NCBI GenBank assembly: GCA_041440805.1
Contig: JASDVF010000063.1
Span: forward strand, 176,524-240,523
Source of the DNA: Myxococcota bacterium
GTDB lineage: Bacteria; Myxococcota_A; UBA9160; UBA4427
Length of the DNA stretch: 64,000 nucleotides
Reading direction: 5' to 3'
Below, piece after piece: positions 9,155 through 18,661 of the stretch (positions within the stretch are counted from its first letter, which is position 1; the number at the start of each line of letters is the position of its first letter). The translations under genes were made by a program, and so were the position numbers. Under the pieces are notes generated by a model that saw only the letters and a program-made list of their open reading frames with translations, was not told the origin of the DNA and made no database searches.

Positions 9155-10327
9155 ATGGAATTCGAAACGCGGGCGATTCACGTAGGCCAAGAGCCGGACG
9201 AAGCCACGGGGGCTGTCATGCCGCCGATCTACGCGACCTCCACCTTTGCCCAAATTCGCCCCGGAGAGACTCGGGGCTACGACTACACGCGATCAGGGAA
9301 TCCGAACTTCACCCGACTCGGAAGCACGCTCGCTTCCCTCGAAGGCGGTGAATACGCGACGGTTTTCGGAAATGGGATGGCCGCAATTACGGCAGTGCTC
9401 ACGACGTTCTCGAGCGGCGATCTCGTGCTCGCCGAGGAGAACGTGTACGGCTGCACGTTTCGCATTTTCGCGCAGGTCTTTGAGAAATTTGGCCTGCGAG
9501 TTCAGTATGTCGACTTCGCCGATTCCTCGAACTACGCACTGATCTCCGAAGTGCGACCGGCGCTTGTTTGGCTCGAGTCGCCGACGAACCCGATGCTCAA
9601 AATTCTAGACATAGCGGCGATCTCCGAAGAGGCTGCGAAGGTGGGGGCGCCCGTTCTTGTAGACAACACATTCGCCTCTCCCTATTTCCAGCGACCGCTT
9701 GAATTGGGCGCGACCTTATCTCTATCGAGCACAACGAAATACGTGAACGGACACTCGGATTGTCTGGGCGGCGTTGTCGTGACGAATGACGCCGAATGGA
9801 ACGAGAAGATGATCTTCGCCCAGAAGGCTGCCGGACTTAACCCGTCGCCCTTCGATTGCTGGTTGATTCAGCGCGGCGTGAAAACGCTTGCGCTCCGAAT
9901 GCGTCAGCATCACGAGAACGCGCTTGAAATTGCCAATTGCCTAGAGGAGTCGGCATCGGTGCGGTGGGTACGACATCCGTTCTTGGATTCGCATCCTCAG
10001 GCCGAAGTCGCGCGCAGGCAGATGACCGGTGGCTCTGGGATTGTGACTTTCGAGTTGGACGCGGACCTTGAGACGACGATTACCTTCGTGTCGGGGCTCG
10101 ATATTTTCGCGCTCGCGGAGAGCCTCGGCGGAATCGAGTCGCTGATCGATCATCCTGCTTCGATGACGCACGCGAGTATTCCGCAGCCGGATCGAGAGAA
10201 GGTTGGGATTTATGATGGGTTGGTCCGGTTGTCCGTAGGCGTCGAGCATGTGGGCGACTTGATCGAGGATCTTGATCAAGCCTTTCGTCGGGCGGGCCTA
10301 CAGGGCATTTCGCAGAGACTAAGCTAG
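9155..10327 (+). CDS. PLP-dependent Cys/Met-metabolism enzyme (cystathionine gamma-synthase/lyase family)
   Basis: Trimmed to the ATG at 9155. MEFETRAIHVGQEPDEATGAVMPPIYATSTF, YTRSGNPN, and the PLP-lysine block SSTKYVNGHSD. Confidence 0.85.
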   Translation: MEFETRAIHVGQEPDEATGAVMPPIYATSTFAQIRPGETRGYDYTRSGNPNFTRLGSTLASLEGGEYATVFGNGMAAITAVLTTFSSGDLVLAEENVYGCTFRIFAQVFEKFGLRVQYVDFADSSNYALISEVRPALVWLESPTNPMLKILDIAAISEEAAKVGAPVLVDNTFASPYFQRPLELGATLSLSSTTKYVNGHSDCLGGVVVTNDAEWNEKMIFAQKAAGLNPSPFDCWLIQRGVKTLALRMRQHHENALEIANCLEESASVRWVRHPFLDSHPQAEVARRQMTGGSGIVTFELDADLETTITFVSGLDIFALAESLGGIESLIDHPASMTHASIPQPDREKVGIYDGLVRLSVGVEHVGDLIEDLDQAFRRAGLQGISQRLS

Positions 10328-10345
10328 TCAGAGAAAGAGAGAAGC

Positions 10346-11758
10346 GTGTCCAATACGATCAAGGCTGATACGAAGACGACAGGTGGGAAGGCGCTTGAGC
10401 TGAATCTAGATCCCGGATTTTATGGCAGCTTTGCCGAGATCGGGGCCGGCCAAGAAGTCGGGCGTTGGTTCTTTCGTGTAGGTGGGGCCGCGGGAACAAT
10501 CGCTAAGACTATGTCGGCCTACGACAAAAAGGTCAGCGACGCGATTTACGGAACCGGCGAGCGTTATGTGTCGAGCGGCCGCTTGATTGCGATGCTTGAT
10601 CACGAATACGACTTGCTTCTGGAACGGTTGGATCTCGAGCGAGGCCGTGAGTCCGCGTTCTTTGCTTTTGCGGATACGGTGGCCGCGCAAAACTACGCTG
10701 GCGATGCGGACTGCAATGGTTGGATGGGCATACGTTTTCAGACGCATCCGCAATCCGAAGCGAATCAAATCTTGCTTCATACTCGGATGCTCGATCAGGA
10801 AGGGTTCGATCAGCAGGAGGCCCTCGGCATTCTGGGCGTCAATCTGATCTACGGGGCGGCTCGCTATGCAGACGACCCTGAACGTCTCTTGGGTTCTCTA
10901 CTCGACAACCTCGGGCGTCGTCGAATCGAAATTGACATGGTTGAATTCACGGGGTCAGCATTCGGTGAAGTCGACAACCGTCTGCTGAGCCTTCGTCTTG
11001 TTGAGTTTGGTCTGAGCCAGGCGGCGATGTTCTCCGCAAGCGGCGAAGTGATGCGCCCTTCCGAATTGCTCTACAAGCGACCCGTGATTTTGCAGCGTGG
11101 TCGGTTTCGGCCGCCTACCAGCGTGCACTCCGATATCGAAAAACGTGCGATGGAGCGCTTAGCGGCCAATCCGGATGTCGATGCCGATCGGATCGTTTCG
11201 CTCCTCGGAATTTCGGTGAGTGAACTCCGGGCGACGGTGACGGACTCGGGTGAGGATTTCCTTGACCGGATTGAGGCGCTCACTGCTGGCAACCATTCGG
11301 TCCTCGTCTCCAACTACACCGAGTACTACCTCGTTGCGGAATACCTTGCGCGATATTCGGCGGCGGAGATCGTTTTGCCCGTTGGGATAATGAACTTCGT
11401 CGAGTTGTTTCGCGAGGAACGTTATTCCCATCTCGCCGGCGGCCTACTCGAAGCGATGGGAAGGTTAATGGGCCAGGGCGTTCAGATCTATGTGTATCCC
11501 GGCCTTGATCCGAAGACCGGCGAGCGAGTCGAGTTAGATGGTTTGGAGCTTTCGGCGGAGGTTCGCACGCTCTTCCATTATCTATTGGAGCGTGGAAGCG
11601 TGCAGGGCCTCGAAGGACTGCCGGACGACATGCTGTCTGTTGGATCGGATCAGGTCTACGCCTGGATTGGTGAGGGCGATCCTCGGTGGGAGGAGAACGT
11701 GCTTCCGGAAGTCGTGCGAGCGATTAAGGCGGGTAACCTCTTTGGGTATCAAGGCTGA
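10346..11758 (+). CDS. conserved hypothetical protein (470 aa, no domain recognised)
   Basis: GTG start 18 nt after the preceding stop. Long ORF with coding-like codon usage. N-terminal block FAEIGAGQEVGRWFFRVGGAAGTIAKTMSAYD. I cannot place it in a named family. Confidence 0.6.
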   Translation: MSNTIKADTKTTGGKALELNLDPGFYGSFAEIGAGQEVGRWFFRVGGAAGTIAKTMSAYDKKVSDAIYGTGERYVSSGRLIAMLDHEYDLLLERLDLERGRESAFFAFADTVAAQNYAGDADCNGWMGIRFQTHPQSEANQILLHTRMLDQEGFDQQEALGILGVNLIYGAARYADDPERLLGSLLDNLGRRRIEIDMVEFTGSAFGEVDNRLLSLRLVEFGLSQAAMFSASGEVMRPSELLYKRPVILQRGRFRPPTSVHSDIEKRAMERLAANPDVDADRIVSLLGISVSELRATVTDSGEDFLDRIEALTAGNHSVLVSNYTEYYLVAEYLARYSAAEIVLPVGIMNFVELFREERYSHLAGGLLEAMGRLMGQGVQIYVYPGLDPKTGERVELDGLELSAEVRTLFHYLLERGSVQGLEGLPDDMLSVGSDQVYAWIGEGDPRWEENVLPEVVRAIKAGNLFGYQG

Positions 11759-11777
11759 CTAGAAGTATGAGGAGTAG

Positions 11778-12524
11778 ATGATGAGTGTGGAAGTGAAATT
11801 TGATTTCGGAGGCGCCCGCGTCCTCGTCACTGGCGGCTCGAACGGAATCGGCCTGGGCATAGCGCGTGCGTTCGCTGACTCGAACGCGCAGGTCTCCGTC
11901 ACAGGCCGTCGCGGCAGTGCTTCGGAATACGATTCAGATTTGACAGGCTTCGACTATCACCAAGCGGAGATGACAGACCGGGAGGGTCTTGAACGACTCG
12001 CGGGATCTTTTGATCGACTGGATGTGCTCGTCAATAACGCAGGTGCTTCATTGATGGCCGAGAACGAATGGGAACCGGAAATTTTCGAGAAGGCACTCAG
12101 TCTGCATCTCTTTGCTTCGTTTCGTTTGGCGGTCAAGCTCAAGGATCGGATCGCGCAAAGCGAGATCGATGGCGGCGGAAGCGTGCTTAATATGGCGAGT
12201 ATGTCGGCGTTTCGCGCGGTGACGGTCGTGCCCGGTTATGGTGCAGCGAAGGCCGCGGTGGTGCAGATGACGAAGAATATGGGCGCGGCTTGGGCGCTCG
12301 AGAATGTTCGTGTAAACGCCGCAGCGCCGGGACTCATTAAGAGTCAGATGACCGAAGGGATGGTGGGCACGCCCTTCGAGGAACCCGAGATCCAGCGCAC
12401 GCCCATGAAGCGATGGGGCACGCCCGAAGATGTGGCGCCGCTCTACCTATTCTTGGCGAGCCCTGCTGCGAAGTTCATCACAGGACAAACTATTTGCGTC
12501 GATGGTGGCCAATCGGTGATGTAG
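11778..12524 (+). CDS. SDR family oxidoreductase (FabG-like)
   Basis: 248 aa. VLVTGGSNGIGLGIA, NNAG, YGAAKAAV. Confidence 0.85.
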   Translation: MMSVEVKFDFGGARVLVTGGSNGIGLGIARAFADSNAQVSVTGRRGSASEYDSDLTGFDYHQAEMTDREGLERLAGSFDRLDVLVNNAGASLMAENEWEPEIFEKALSLHLFASFRLAVKLKDRIAQSEIDGGGSVLNMASMSAFRAVTVVPGYGAAKAAVVQMTKNMGAAWALENVRVNAAAPGLIKSQMTEGMVGTPFEEPEIQRTPMKRWGTPEDVAPLYLFLASPAAKFITGQTICVDGGQSVM

Positions 12525-12546
12525 CTGCGCGGGAACATGCCGCCGC

Positions 12547-13539
12547 CTAACTCGTCTCCGCCGCCCATCGCAGTCGCCAGGATCGCATCTCGGCGACCAA
12601 GCGTCGCGCGCTCTGGATCCGTTCGTCGGGGTTCTTGGAGATGCAGTTCATGCAAATTTCTTCGAGCTGCGGCGGGATGTCACGGTCCAAAGCGACTTCC
12701 GACGGACGTGGCGGATCGTTGTGTTTTACCTGTTCGAGAATTTCATTGACGTTGTCGCCAGTGAAGGTGGTTTGTCCGGCCAAGATCTCGTAAAGCACGG
12801 CGCCCATGCTGTAGATGTCGGAGCGGTGATCGATGTCGCGGCTTCCCTCAATCTGCTCGGGGGACATGTAGTGCGCGGTTCCTTGGAGTTTGCCCTGTGC
12901 CGTGAGCGACGGATCGCTGTTCATGAGCATCGGCATCTCCGGCACCTCCTCCGGTTCTTCACTCCAAACCTTGGCGAGTCCCCAGTCGAGCAACAGGACT
13001 TCGCCGAAGGGGCCCATCAGGATATTTGCGGGCTTTATGTCGCGATGGACGACGCCGTGGCTATGGGCGTAGTCGAGTGCATTCGCGACTTGGATAAGGA
13101 TCGTCACCATGCGGTGGAACCCATAACCGTCCACGGCCTGAGTTCCCTCTTCCTTCGCCAGATCCTGAACCTCACGAAGGGTATATCCCTCCACCAGCTT
13201 CATGGTGAAGAAGTAGTGCCCTTTGTTATTTCGAGAGAGTTCGTAAATCGGAATCGTATTAGGGTGCTGGAGCATCGCCGTGACGCGCGCTTCGCGGAGA
13301 AAACGCTTCTGCTCGAAGGGATCGTTTGCGATCTCCTTAAGTAGGCTCTTATGTGCCACGACCCGACTGAGATGAAAATCTTTGCAGGATTGGATCAGGC
13401 ATTTCCCGCCGCGCGCGATCGTCTTGAACTGCGTGTAGCGCAGATCCGCATTCCGAACGTGCTCGGGCAGATCGAGATCGGTGTCCTCCATATGGACGAC
13501 CGGATATTTGTCTTGAGGTTGTGGGAAGAGACGGGCCAT
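12547..13539 (-). CDS. stand-alone Ser/Thr protein kinase (Hanks type)
   Basis: Trimmed from 13779 to the ATG at 13539. VAHK (VAIK Lys), HRDIKPANIL catalytic loop, DWGLAK in place of DFG, GTAHYMSPEQ. No sensor or TM domain. Confidence 0.8.
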   Translation of the reverse strand: MARLFPQPQDKYPVVHMEDTDLDLPEHVRNADLRYTQFKTIARGGKCLIQSCKDFHLSRVVAHKSLLKEIANDPFEQKRFLREARVTAMLQHPNTIPIYELSRNNKGHYFFTMKLVEGYTLREVQDLAKEEGTQAVDGYGFHRMVTILIQVANALDYAHSHGVVHRDIKPANILMGPFGEVLLLDWGLAKVWSEEPEEVPEMPMLMNSDPSLTAQGKLQGTAHYMSPEQIEGSRDIDHRSDIYSMGAVLYEILAGQTTFTGDNVNEILEQVKHNDPPRPSEVALDRDIPPQLEEICMNCISKNPDERIQSARRLVAEMRSWRLRWAAETS

Positions 13540-13787
13540 GCACGCTCCGCGTTGAGAGAAGACCAAAAAAATTGGACATCGTCTCGCGTAGATTTGGCGG
13601 CACCTAATTCGGGACCGCGGGGGTTGAGTGCACGTCGGAACGTAGCGAATTTGGCTTGTGTCTTTCCGGCTCCGATGTGCGTTTCGTATGTGATTGGCTC
13701 GGCGCGTTCTCAAATCCTTGGATCGAAGCGAAGTGCGCCGGGCACCCCTCGGGGTGAAGAGGGCCGCGCACACGTTCAATGAACGTT

Positions 13788-15590
13788 TTACAGGGGCGCT
13801 GGTTCGGCTGCTTGCTGAAGCGTGCGGAGGTGGCGCTTCGCACGATCGATGTGGCGTGCGCTGCGGATGCGCTGTCCGAGGGCTTCGACTTGCTGCCAGG
13901 CCCGGATCGCCTCCTCGCTTCGGCCGCCGAGTTCAAAGGCGATGGCAATGTTGTTATGCGTGGAGATCGATTGAGGATTCTCTTCGAGGGAGGTTTGGTA
14001 GGCATTGATGGCCTCGTCCCATCGCTCGAGCTCGCGGTACTTGTTGCCGAGGTTGTACCAAGCCATATGCATTCGATCTTCATTCACTAGCGGGAGGTGA
14101 ACGAAGAGGCCGAGTAGGATGATCGCGACCGCGCGGATCGCAAAGGGAGCCCACGCCCGCGTGCGAAGAAGCCCTGCGAGTTCGAACGCGGCGAAGGCGG
14201 CAAAGGGAAGCATGAGGAACGTCGCGGGCATGCGGTAGCGCGAGAGCACGAAGAAGAGCAGAGACGCGATCAGATAGGCACCAATCGCTCCGTGGACAGG
14301 CAGGAATTCGCGCCATCGCCCGGCAGTGAGTATTAGGCCGAGCAGGGCGAAGGGCGCAATTAAACCGAAAGAGACGAGTGGCAAGCGCAATACCCAGCTA
14401 GCGCGTTTCGAGACTTCGACGGATCGGTTGTTCCAAACCTCGTGCGCATTGACGAAGAGTGCGGCTTTGCGAAATTCGAGTCGGATCCATTTGAGGGGAT
14501 CGGCGCGAATTTCGTCTACGCCTCGACCCTGCCAATAGGACGAGACCTCTGAAGGCTTGAGCGACCGCCCGGTCTCTCGTTCGGCCACGCCCGTAAAGGC
14601 ATCGCGCATCGTGCGTGGATTATCGACTCGGACATTCCAGCCAATCGACGGAATCTGCCACGTACCGTCCGCGTTGCGTTGATTGCCCATGTAGAAATTC
14701 GCGCCGCCCGTCGAGTTGAGCAGCACGAGATCGTCGCCAACGACGTAGTTCTTGATCGTAAACGGCAAAACGAGCAAGCAGATCACGACTCCAAACGTCG
14801 ATCCGAATGCGAAGCGTTGACCAAAGCTGTAGTCGCCCTTCATTCCGAAGAGCACCCAGAGCGCGAGTACTGGAGCAAGCAACAGGACCGTCTGCCGGGC
14901 GAGCGCTGAGAGCCCAAGAAGCAAGCCGCATAACGCCCAACCTCGATAGGTTGGATCGTGGAGTGCACGAATAGACGCCCAGGCGAGGCCGACAACAAGC
15001 GGCACCTGTAAGTTGACGATCATCGTCGTGCCGCCATAAAAGACGTGCATTCCGTAGAGAATCGATGCCAAGCCGGTGAGCGCGGCGATGCGCCGACCGA
15101 AAATCTCCCGTGCGAGTCCCCAAACGAGAACGCAGGATAATGCGCCCAGCACGACCTGGATCATTTTGACGGCGGGAAGGCTCGGGCCAAAGATGGAGTA
15201 GACCGAGGCCATGAACATCGGATAGAGCGGGCCTAAGAAGAGGACGCCATCGCCGCGCCAATCTCCGGCGACGAGCTCACGTGCCCACGCGTCGTAGACC
15301 GCGCCGTCGACGCTAGCGATCGTATAGAAGGGGTCGTGGATCGAGAGTGCATGCAGATGGAAGGCGCGAAGCACGAGCGCGCATACGAAGATCGTGAGCG
15401 CGACAGACCGGTCGCGTGCGAGCCACGTAGTCAATGCTTTTCCGACCGCGCGATTCGGGCCCCCGCCAGCGGTTCTTTCGCTCTCGGGATCGGTACCGGG
15501 TTCGGCTTGGCCGTGGGTCGCGTCTTCAGGCACCGCTTCATTATACGGCCCGGCGACGCTCTTGCTTCCAATCGTGATTCCAATCGACAA
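13788..15590 (-). CDS. polytopic membrane glycosyltransferase (GT39/ArnT/PMT-like) with C-terminal TPR repeats
   Basis: 600 aa. About 10 hydrophobic segments. The N-terminal loop DGAVYDAWARELVAGDW is typical of ArnT/PMT_2 proteins. The C-terminus AWYNLGNKYRELERWDEAINAYQTSLEENPQSISTHNNIAIAFELGGRSEEAIRAWQ is TPR. The start (TTG at 15590) is uncertain. Confidence 0.7.
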   Translation of the reverse strand: MSIGITIGSKSVAGPYNEAVPEDATHGQAEPGTDPESERTAGGGPNRAVGKALTTWLARDRSVALTIFVCALVLRAFHLHALSIHDPFYTIASVDGAVYDAWARELVAGDWRGDGVLFLGPLYPMFMASVYSIFGPSLPAVKMIQVVLGALSCVLVWGLAREIFGRRIAALTGLASILYGMHVFYGGTTMIVNLQVPLVVGLAWASIRALHDPTYRGWALCGLLLGLSALARQTVLLLAPVLALWVLFGMKGDYSFGQRFAFGSTFGVVICLLVLPFTIKNYVVGDDLVLLNSTGGANFYMGNQRNADGTWQIPSIGWNVRVDNPRTMRDAFTGVAERETGRSLKPSEVSSYWQGRGVDEIRADPLKWIRLEFRKAALFVNAHEVWNNRSVEVSKRASWVLRLPLVSFGLIAPFALLGLILTAGRWREFLPVHGAIGAYLIASLLFFVLSRYRMPATFLMLPFAAFAAFELAGLLRTRAWAPFAIRAVAIILLGLFVHLPLVNEDRMHMAWYNLGNKYRELERWDEAINAYQTSLEENPQSISTHNNIAIAFELGGRSEEAIRAWQQVEALGQRIRSARHIDRAKRHLRTLQQAAEPAPL

Positions 15591-15673
15591 TCAATCGATC
15601 CCGTCGCCACGCGAAAGTGAGTTCTTGGCCCCGCGCGTCGCGCCCGGCACGCTGTCCGGTTAGTCTCCTCTTT

Positions 15674-16582
15674 ATGCAAGTGGAATGGGGCGACGCAGAA
15701 CAAAAGCTGACGGATCGGGTGAGCGTGCTCGTGGGCAGTGCGAACGGAGGCTATCCGTCGGGCAACACGGTGCTCGTTCGCGGGGCGAGCGAGACTTTCG
15801 TGATCGATCCCTCCGTCGATGTGATTGCGCGGGGGGGTGTGCCGGCACGGGTCGATGCGGTGCTGAATAGCCATGCCCATGAAGACCATATGCCTGGGAA
15901 TGGATTTTTTTCCGACGCACGCGTGCATATTCACGAAGCGGATCTGGAAGGGGCTCGTTCTATCGAGGGGCTGATGGAGGTCTACGGTTTTCGCGACGAG
16001 GCTGTGAAACGGGCCTTCGAAAAGATTGTCGTCGAAGATTTTAACTACGCCCCACGTCCCGACGCCTGCGGCTTTAGTGATGGCGACGTCTTCGACCTCG
16101 GCGGTCTGTCGATCGAGAGCGTTCACCTTCCGGGGCATACCCGCGGCCATAGCGGCTTCAGAATTTCCGACGATGTCTTCTTTCTGTCGGACATAGATCT
16201 CACCGGCTTCGGTCCCTACTACGGTGACGCCTGGAGCGACCTCGATGATTTTGAGGAGAGCCTCCGGCGAGTACGCGGTGAAGAAGCGCAGTGGTACGTG
16301 ACTTTTCACCAAAAGGGTGTGATCGAGGGACGCGCGCATTTCCTCGAGTTGCTCGACAAATTTACTTCGGTGATCGATCGGCGGCATAACGCGATGCTCG
16401 AATTTCTTGCCGAGCCGCATTCTTTGGATGAGATGGTGGATCATCGCTTTATCTATCGGCCTCACGTGAAGATGGAAATTGTCGAGCCCGTCGAATTTCG
16501 GAGCGCAGAACTTCACGTGGCACGGATGCTCGCGCGCGACGAAGCGGTCGAATTCGAACCTGGCCGTTACCGCGCCGCATGA
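15674..16582 (+). CDS. MBL-fold metallo-hydrolase
   Basis: Trimmed to the ATG at 15674. HAHEDHMPGN (HxHxDH), LPGHTRGHSG. Confidence 0.8.
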   Translation: MQVEWGDAEQKLTDRVSVLVGSANGGYPSGNTVLVRGASETFVIDPSVDVIARGGVPARVDAVLNSHAHEDHMPGNGFFSDARVHIHEADLEGARSIEGLMEVYGFRDEAVKRAFEKIVVEDFNYAPRPDACGFSDGDVFDLGGLSIESVHLPGHTRGHSGFRISDDVFFLSDIDLTGFGPYYGDAWSDLDDFEESLRRVRGEEAQWYVTFHQKGVIEGRAHFLELLDKFTSVIDRRHNAMLEFLAEPHSLDEMVDHRFIYRPHVKMEIVEPVEFRSAELHVARMLARDEAVEFEPGRYRAA

Positions 16583-17052
16583 GTGGTGCACAGAAAGAAC
16601 TTTCTCCGGTCGTGGCGGAGCTGATCGAGCGACTTCGTTTGGAGCCGCATCCCGAAGGTGGTTTCTATCGCGAGACTTGGCGGTCCCCGGTCACCCTTGA
16701 AGCGTCGTCGCTTCCGGCGGGATATTCGGCAGCGCGCTCCGCTGTGACGTCGATCTATTTTTTGCTTCCGACCGGCGTATGTTCCGCATTGCACCGGGTT
16801 CGTTCCGAGGAACTATGGATGCACCACCAAGGCGATGATGTCTTGCTCGGCATCGGTCCAACAGAAACTGAAGCAGAGGCAAAGTCCGGGGAGACGATCT
16901 TGGGGCAGGGCCTGTCGGCGCAGCTTCAGGCGGTCGTGCCGCCCATGGATTGGCAGCGTGCCGAAGCGCTTCCGGGTCCTGCGGGCTATGCGCTTGTGGG
17001 ATGTGTCGTCGCGCCGGGGTTCGATTTCGCCGATTTTGAAATGGCGGACTAA
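16579..17052 (+). CDS. cupin superfamily protein (DUF985-like)
   Basis: 157 aa. ATGA overlap with the preceding gene. LEPHPEGGFYRETWRS is the characteristic DUF985 N-terminus. Confidence 0.75.
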   Translation: MSGAQKELSPVVAELIERLRLEPHPEGGFYRETWRSPVTLEASSLPAGYSAARSAVTSIYFLLPTGVCSALHRVRSEELWMHHQGDDVLLGIGPTETEAEAKSGETILGQGLSAQLQAVVPPMDWQRAEALPGPAGYALVGCVVAPGFDFADFEMAD

Positions 17053-17131
17053 CAAACTTGCTGGTCAGTTCGGGGTATTTCCCGCGCCCCCTAGGGCTGC
17101 GTTCGTCACGTGGCTTCGCGGTCCCGGTCGT

Positions 17132-17629
17132 CTAACCCGCGTCGCGCGCTTGGACGATCATCTTCGCGAGCATGGTGAGCACCGGTTCCCCGTTTTGATT
17201 TTCGACACGCTGGCGTGTCGTGACGATCCCCGTATCCGGGCGTGACTTCGAGCGTCGGCTGTCCTCGACTTCGACTTTGAGGGATAAGACATCCCCGGGC
17301 CGGACGGGGGTCGCAAGGTCCAGAGACTCCAGCCCAAGCCCAGCGACGAGAACCGGGCGACAGGGCAATTGGTTGTAGAGCGCCTGCCGGATCGAAAATG
17401 TTAGGCAGCCCGGTGCGATTAATCCGCCAAAACGGCTTTTCGCCGCGGCGACGGGATCAGTATGAAAAGGTTGTGGGTCAAAACGGCGACCGAATTCAAG
17501 CACTAGAGCTTCAGTGACGTGATAAGCGCCGCCGGCAATTTTGAAATCCGCCGCGTAGTCCTCGAAATAGAGCGGAGTAGGATCCGCAGCGAGTCGGTTA
17601 GGCGAACCTATGTCTTCGTTCTCGCTCAT
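17132..17629 (-). CDS. MaoC-like (R)-specific enoyl-CoA hydratase / hotdog-fold dehydratase
   Basis: 165 aa. FGRRFDPQPFHTDPVAAAKSRFGGLIAPG is the MaoC hydratase motif. Confidence 0.8.
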   Translation of the reverse strand: MSENEDIGSPNRLAADPTPLYFEDYAADFKIAGGAYHVTEALVLEFGRRFDPQPFHTDPVAAAKSRFGGLIAPGCLTFSIRQALYNQLPCRPVLVAGLGLESLDLATPVRPGDVLSLKVEVEDSRRSKSRPDTGIVTTRQRVENQNGEPVLTMLAKMIVQARDAG

Positions 17630-17820
17630 TGGTTGTTCCCGTTCCCGTTTCGCGCTTCTATTAGGGCCGCGCGCATCGCCTTCGCCGTCGTGCGGCCGAC
17701 GTGAGCCGGGTCCATGCCGTCGTATTTCCCCGCGATCGCGGCGGTCACGATTTCGCGGACCCCGCCACCTACTATGTTGGTTGTGTTGAAGACGAGATGT
17801 TCCGGTCCTAGTTCAGCCAT
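17626..17820 (-). CDS. small hypothetical protein (64 aa), translationally coupled to the MaoC gene
   Basis: ATG start. Its stop overlaps the MaoC start (ATGA at 17626..17629). GC-rich third positions. No recognisable domain. Confidence 0.4.
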   Translation of the reverse strand: MAELGPEHLVFNTTNIVGGGVREIVTAAIAGKYDGMDPAHVGRTTAKAMRAALIEARNGNGNNQ

Positions 17821-17873
17821 CGCGCAAGTTTAGGACCTTAGCCGGCGCGCGCCCCGCCCGAGAATAAACCGAA

Positions 17874-18626
17874 CTAGACGTTCGGGGTCGTCTCCTGAAA
17901 AAGCTCCGCCAGGAAATTCGTCAGCGCTTGCCAGGATCGCCGCTCGGAATCACGGTGATAGGCCACGCCTTGCTCGGGCATGTCGTAACGCATGTTCGAA
18001 AATGAGTGCATCGCGCCCCCGTAGGCTACGAGTTGCCAGTCCGCGTGCCGCTCGCTCATTTCTCGAGCGAAAGGTTCGATCAACTCAGCGGGAACAAGGG
18101 GATCGTCCCATCCATGAAGAACCAACACGCGTGGTTCGATCGGCCTGGTCGATCGAGTCGCATGACTCTGGGACGGGGCACTCAGCAACCCATGAAAGCT
18201 CGCGACGCCGACGAGGGGTGCATTGCCTCGTGCGAGATCAAGCACGCACATTCCCCCGAAGCAATAACCGATTGCCGCCATCTCATAGGCCTCGACCTCG
18301 GGGAGCTCAGCCGCTGCCTCGAGTCCTGCGCGCAGGCGGGCCTGTAGAAAGTCGCGATCCAGTTCGAAAGGCTTCATGAGGGAATAGGCATCCTCATTCG
18401 TGGTGCCCTTGACGCCCGCCCCGTAGACATCCAGTGCGAAGCCCGCATAACCCATCCCCGCCAAGGTCACGGCTCGTTCTTCTTCAAAGCCTTGATCGGT
18501 CTTCATCGCATCGTGCACAACTACCACGCAGGGGCGCGGTGTCGTCCATTCATCATTCCACGCGAATTCGCCGCGAAGGGCATGGCCCTCGTGTTCGTAG
18601 TCGACCGATCGGATACGCACCGTCAT
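17874..18626 (-). CDS. dienelactone hydrolase family protein (alpha/beta hydrolase)
   Basis: Trimmed from 19100 to the ATG at 18626. MTVRIRSVDYEHEGHALRGEFAW..., nucleophile elbow GYCFGG, LVLHGWDDP. The discarded 158-aa extension is Arg/Pro-rich and antisense to the nitroreductase gene. Confidence 0.8.
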   Translation of the reverse strand: MTVRIRSVDYEHEGHALRGEFAWNDEWTTPRPCVVVVHDAMKTDQGFEEERAVTLAGMGYAGFALDVYGAGVKGTTNEDAYSLMKPFELDRDFLQARLRAGLEAAAELPEVEAYEMAAIGYCFGGMCVLDLARGNAPLVGVASFHGLLSAPSQSHATRSTRPIEPRVLVLHGWDDPLVPAELIEPFAREMSERHADWQLVAYGGAMHSFSNMRYDMPEQGVAYHRDSERRSWQALTNFLAELFQETTPNV

Positions 18627-18661
18627 ACTTAAGCTTCCCCCAGCCCGGAGCATCGCCGAAC

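Noticed and set aside
8802-9185. 127-aa plus-strand ORF upstream of the PLP-enzyme gene
   Set aside because: Its composition is poor. It overlaps the better-supported minus-strand mini-ORF and the 5' region of the PLP gene. There is no motif or SD.
15431-16591. 386-aa ORF on the minus strand
   Set aside because: It is antisense to the MBL-fold hydrolase (HAHEDH motif on the plus strand). It has no recognisable motifs and spans the divergent promoter region.
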